This document shows, piece by piece, positions 62,072-64,000 of a DNA stretch of 64,000 bases (position 1 is its first letter; each line of letters starts with the position of its first letter). The notes under the pieces were generated by a model. It worked only from the letters and a program-made list of their open reading frames with translations, was not told the DNA's origin and made no database searches. The position numbers and the translations under genes are program-made. Origin of the DNA: an uncultured Loktanella sp. (GTDB lineage Bacteria; Pseudomonadota; Alphaproteobacteria; Rhodobacterales; Rhodobacteraceae); assembly GCA_964614205.1 (NCBI GenBank), contig CAZTKF010000007.1, forward strand, positions 153-64,152, in the 5' to 3' direction.

Positions 62072-63190
62072 ATGACAACCAACCTCCAAGCCGACCATAT
62101 GAAACTGGAAGATACCCGCGTGACGCGCAGGTACTTTGAAAAGTTCGCCAAAATCACAGGTTATCTGACCAAGGTCGCGGCCACGATGGAGACTGAAGGC
62201 CGTTTTGACCGCAAAGAGATCGAGGTGCTGGCCCGCTATCTCATTGGCCTGAACTGGACGTTCACCGCACTGGCCCACAAGTATCATTTTGCAGGCCGCT
62301 TTGCGCATGCGGGCAAGCTGACGTTTGATCGGGTGGAAAGCGGCTTTCCCGTTTATCAGGAATTGCTCGAGATGGCGAACGACGCGCTACAGGCAGAGCG
62401 TCACTTGCAGGCGCAGCCGGATGTGGGTGATCTGAAGGACCAGATGGTGCGCGTTATTCTGAGCGAACAGGAGATCCCGACCAAGCTGCAATACGCACTG
62501 TCGCAGCGGCTTTATTACGAAGAACTGGCGCGTGGTGATCAGTTCTGGGCACGCAATGACCCGCAGTGTCTATGGCGCGGAAACGAGGATGATCGCCGGC
62601 GGTTTCTGGTACATTGGGCGGTTTATGACAGTCAGGTCAATCTGCCGACCATATATCTGATGGATGTGTCGGATACCGGACGTGTCGGGCTGCCAAAAGA
62701 CGAACGTCGCTGGCCAGAGGCGCAAGCGCATTTGATGGCGCAGTCACTGGCGCATCTGAAATTGCTGACAATCGCCAAGGGCTTTGACGCGGATTTCGAC
62801 GATCTGCATCCGACCCGTTTGCGCCGGTTCCATATCGGCCCCATGTACAGCAATGCCTTTACCCGCCAGTCAGGCCCGCTCCGCGATGTCCTAAAGGCCG
62901 CCAACGCGCCAGCGGGCGAGGACTGGGCGCTGGTCTGGACCGAGGAAGACCTGGTTTCAGAGCGGGTAGAGAATGTGAAGTCAGGGTGGTTTGGCTCGGT
63001 TGAACGCCAGATTTTCGCGCTTGATCCATTTGAGGGCGGTGGCGCAGAGACGGGTGCCAGCCGCATGGAGCGCGCATTGATTATGCCAGAGCGACCTTAT
63101 CAGGCCTTGGCCGAACGCTCCCCGCCCGGTTTTCGTGACGTGCGCAAGTTCGTGGTGAGCGATAGCGGGCGCGTTTTGAGTTATCGGTAG
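62072..63190 (+). CDS. hypothetical protein (372 aa)
   Basis: Long ORF with coding-like composition; no motif recognised. ATG 62072 lies just after an inverted repeat that covers the ORF-track TTG 62033. Confidence 0.55.
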   Translation: MTTNLQADHMKLEDTRVTRRYFEKFAKITGYLTKVAATMETEGRFDRKEIEVLARYLIGLNWTFTALAHKYHFAGRFAHAGKLTFDRVESGFPVYQELLEMANDALQAERHLQAQPDVGDLKDQMVRVILSEQEIPTKLQYALSQRLYYEELARGDQFWARNDPQCLWRGNEDDRRRFLVHWAVYDSQVNLPTIYLMDVSDTGRVGLPKDERRWPEAQAHLMAQSLAHLKLLTIAKGFDADFDDLHPTRLRRFHIGPMYSNAFTRQSGPLRDVLKAANAPAGEDWALVWTEEDLVSERVENVKSGWFGSVERQIFALDPFEGGGAETGASRMERALIMPERPYQALAERSPPGFRDVRKFVVSDSGRVLSYR

Positions 63191-63268
63191 GGTGGGGCAA
63201 GACCCACCTTACGCAAAGGCCCTGTTGTGCCAATCTGGCGGAGGCAGGTGCTGATTGAAAGTGCGGGT

Positions 63269-63304
63269 GCCTCCGGCGGAGGTATTTGGCAACATGAGAA
63301 GAAG
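63269..63304 (+). repeat. dispersed short repeat, copy B
   Basis: GCCTCCGGCGGAGGTATTTGGCAACATGAGAAGAAG lies in the spacer between the two hypothetical genes. Confidence 0.85.
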
Positions 63305-63315
63305 AAGGATGCGGC

Positions 63316-64000
63316 ATGAGCCACTCGAGTGATCAAATGGAATTGCGTGAAGACGACATCCGCAAGCACTATGGGCCTGCCGCTGAAATGTTGATGCATC
63401 TGGATCACGCCCCCCGTCTGGCCAAGGCGCGGCTCTCGCTTGAGGCGCCCGAGAAATCGCCGGATGTGGCTGCAACGCGCCGCAGGTTCCGTTCAACGAC
63501 GCCTGGCCTGCTGTCGCGTACCTCTGCGCCTTCGGGCGGGGTCCGGTTGCTTGATCGTATTGCCGAAACCGACGACGATGATCCATTGACATCGCCAGCA
63601 CAGGCCGCCGTCGCCCATGCCTTGCGGCGGGCACTGTCGATTGCCTTGACGGTCGCGGATGCGTTTTCGGATCAGACGGCATTGACGGAATTGAAGCGGA
63701 TTAATCTTGAAGGCCGCTTGCCGCAGGATCGATCCGTCGCGTTCACAGAGTATCTGGCGGCTGAGGCGCTGGTGGCGCTTTATACCTTTGCCAATGCCAC
63801 CTCTTTCCTGCTTGCCGCGCAAGCAGGAGAGCAGAGTGTTGATGTTGGCAGTGTGGATGAGGTGCTGACCGACAATGCACCGCTTGCCCTGCATGGGGCG
63901 ATCTGGGAGTTGGACCAGAAACTGGGGCAGTTTGCCAAGGATGAGCCGACGCTGATTGCTACTGTGCTGGCCTACGCAGAGCAATTGATGGAAAAAGTTG
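63316..64000 (+). CDS. hypothetical protein, N-terminal part (continues past window end)
   Basis: Not in the ORF track because it has no stop. My own translation from ATG 63316 (MSHSSDQMELREDDIRKHYGPAAEMLMHLDH...AYAEQLMEKV) is open for 228 codons to the window edge. Confidence 0.5.
   Translation, partial: MSHSSDQMELREDDIRKHYGPAAEMLMHLDHAPRLAKARLSLEAPEKSPDVAATRRRFRSTTPGLLSRTSAPSGGVRLLDRIAETDDDDPLTSPAQAAVAHALRRALSIALTVADAFSDQTALTELKRINLEGRLPQDRSVAFTEYLAAEALVALYTFANATSFLLAAQAGEQSVDVGSVDEVLTDNAPLALHGAIWELDQKLGQFAKDEPTLIATVLAYAEQLMEKV

Noticed and set aside
1-64000. Searched by eye for CRISPR arrays, IS/transposase or integrase genes, prophage genes, tRNA and rRNA genes
   Set aside because: I found no regularly spaced direct repeats, no recombinase-like ORFs and no cloverleaf-like or rRNA-like segments. 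The spacers are short and mostly promoter- or terminator-like.

Overview
64-kb GC-rich chromosomal segment. Gene content and order resemble a marine Rhodobacteraceae (Roseobacter-group) alphaproteobacterium; that taxonomic call is inference only. I support about 60 protein genes. I found no rRNA, tRNA, CRISPR array, transposase or integrase. Many genes are joined by ATGA/TTGA start-stop overlaps, which suggests tight operons. Layout: (1) 1-14 kb is housekeeping: dapD (partial), LOG-family, gntK, rlmN, IalB-like, asparaginase, methyltransferase, xthA, rsfS-rlmH, gpmI-envC-ctpA and an MBL hydrolase. (2) 14-21.9 kb is a glycine-betaine/dimethylglycine demethylation island: two paralogous FAD+GcvT dehydrogenases, a homocysteine S-methyltransferase, a GlxA regulator, a GFA protein and an XRE-cupin regulator. 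(3) 22-29.5 kb holds redox enzymes, a thiolase, GGT, an FMN reductase and a TPP enzyme. (4) 29.5-39.9 kb is a 10-kb minus-strand cobalamin string headed by a canonical cobalamin riboswitch. Its order is riboswitch > CbiM-like permease > His-rich periplasmic protein > cobW > GNAT > cobN > polytopic membrane protein > cobO > two Lin0512-family genes > bluB. (5) smc and a lytic transglycosylase follow. (6) 44.9-47.1 kb is DUF1636-cobD-cbiB. (7) 48.97-55.7 kb is a small His-rich bitopic protein, then cbiX-cobH-cobL-cobI-cbiG::cobJ-cobM. (8) Next come an aminotransferase, three tandem def genes (the third catalytically degenerate), fmt and an L,D-transpeptidase. (9) Three uncharacterized genes close the window. 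The observations I rate highest are these: the riboswitch-gated CbiM-like/periplasmic pair with no ECF module; a small His-rich membrane protein translationally coupled to an elaborate CbiX; the mix of early- and late-cobalt-insertion markers; the Lin0512 gene pair inside the cob string; and a dispersed ~36-nt repeat with five copies, one sitting in-frame inside cobN. All family calls come from motif recognition by eye. No database search was run.
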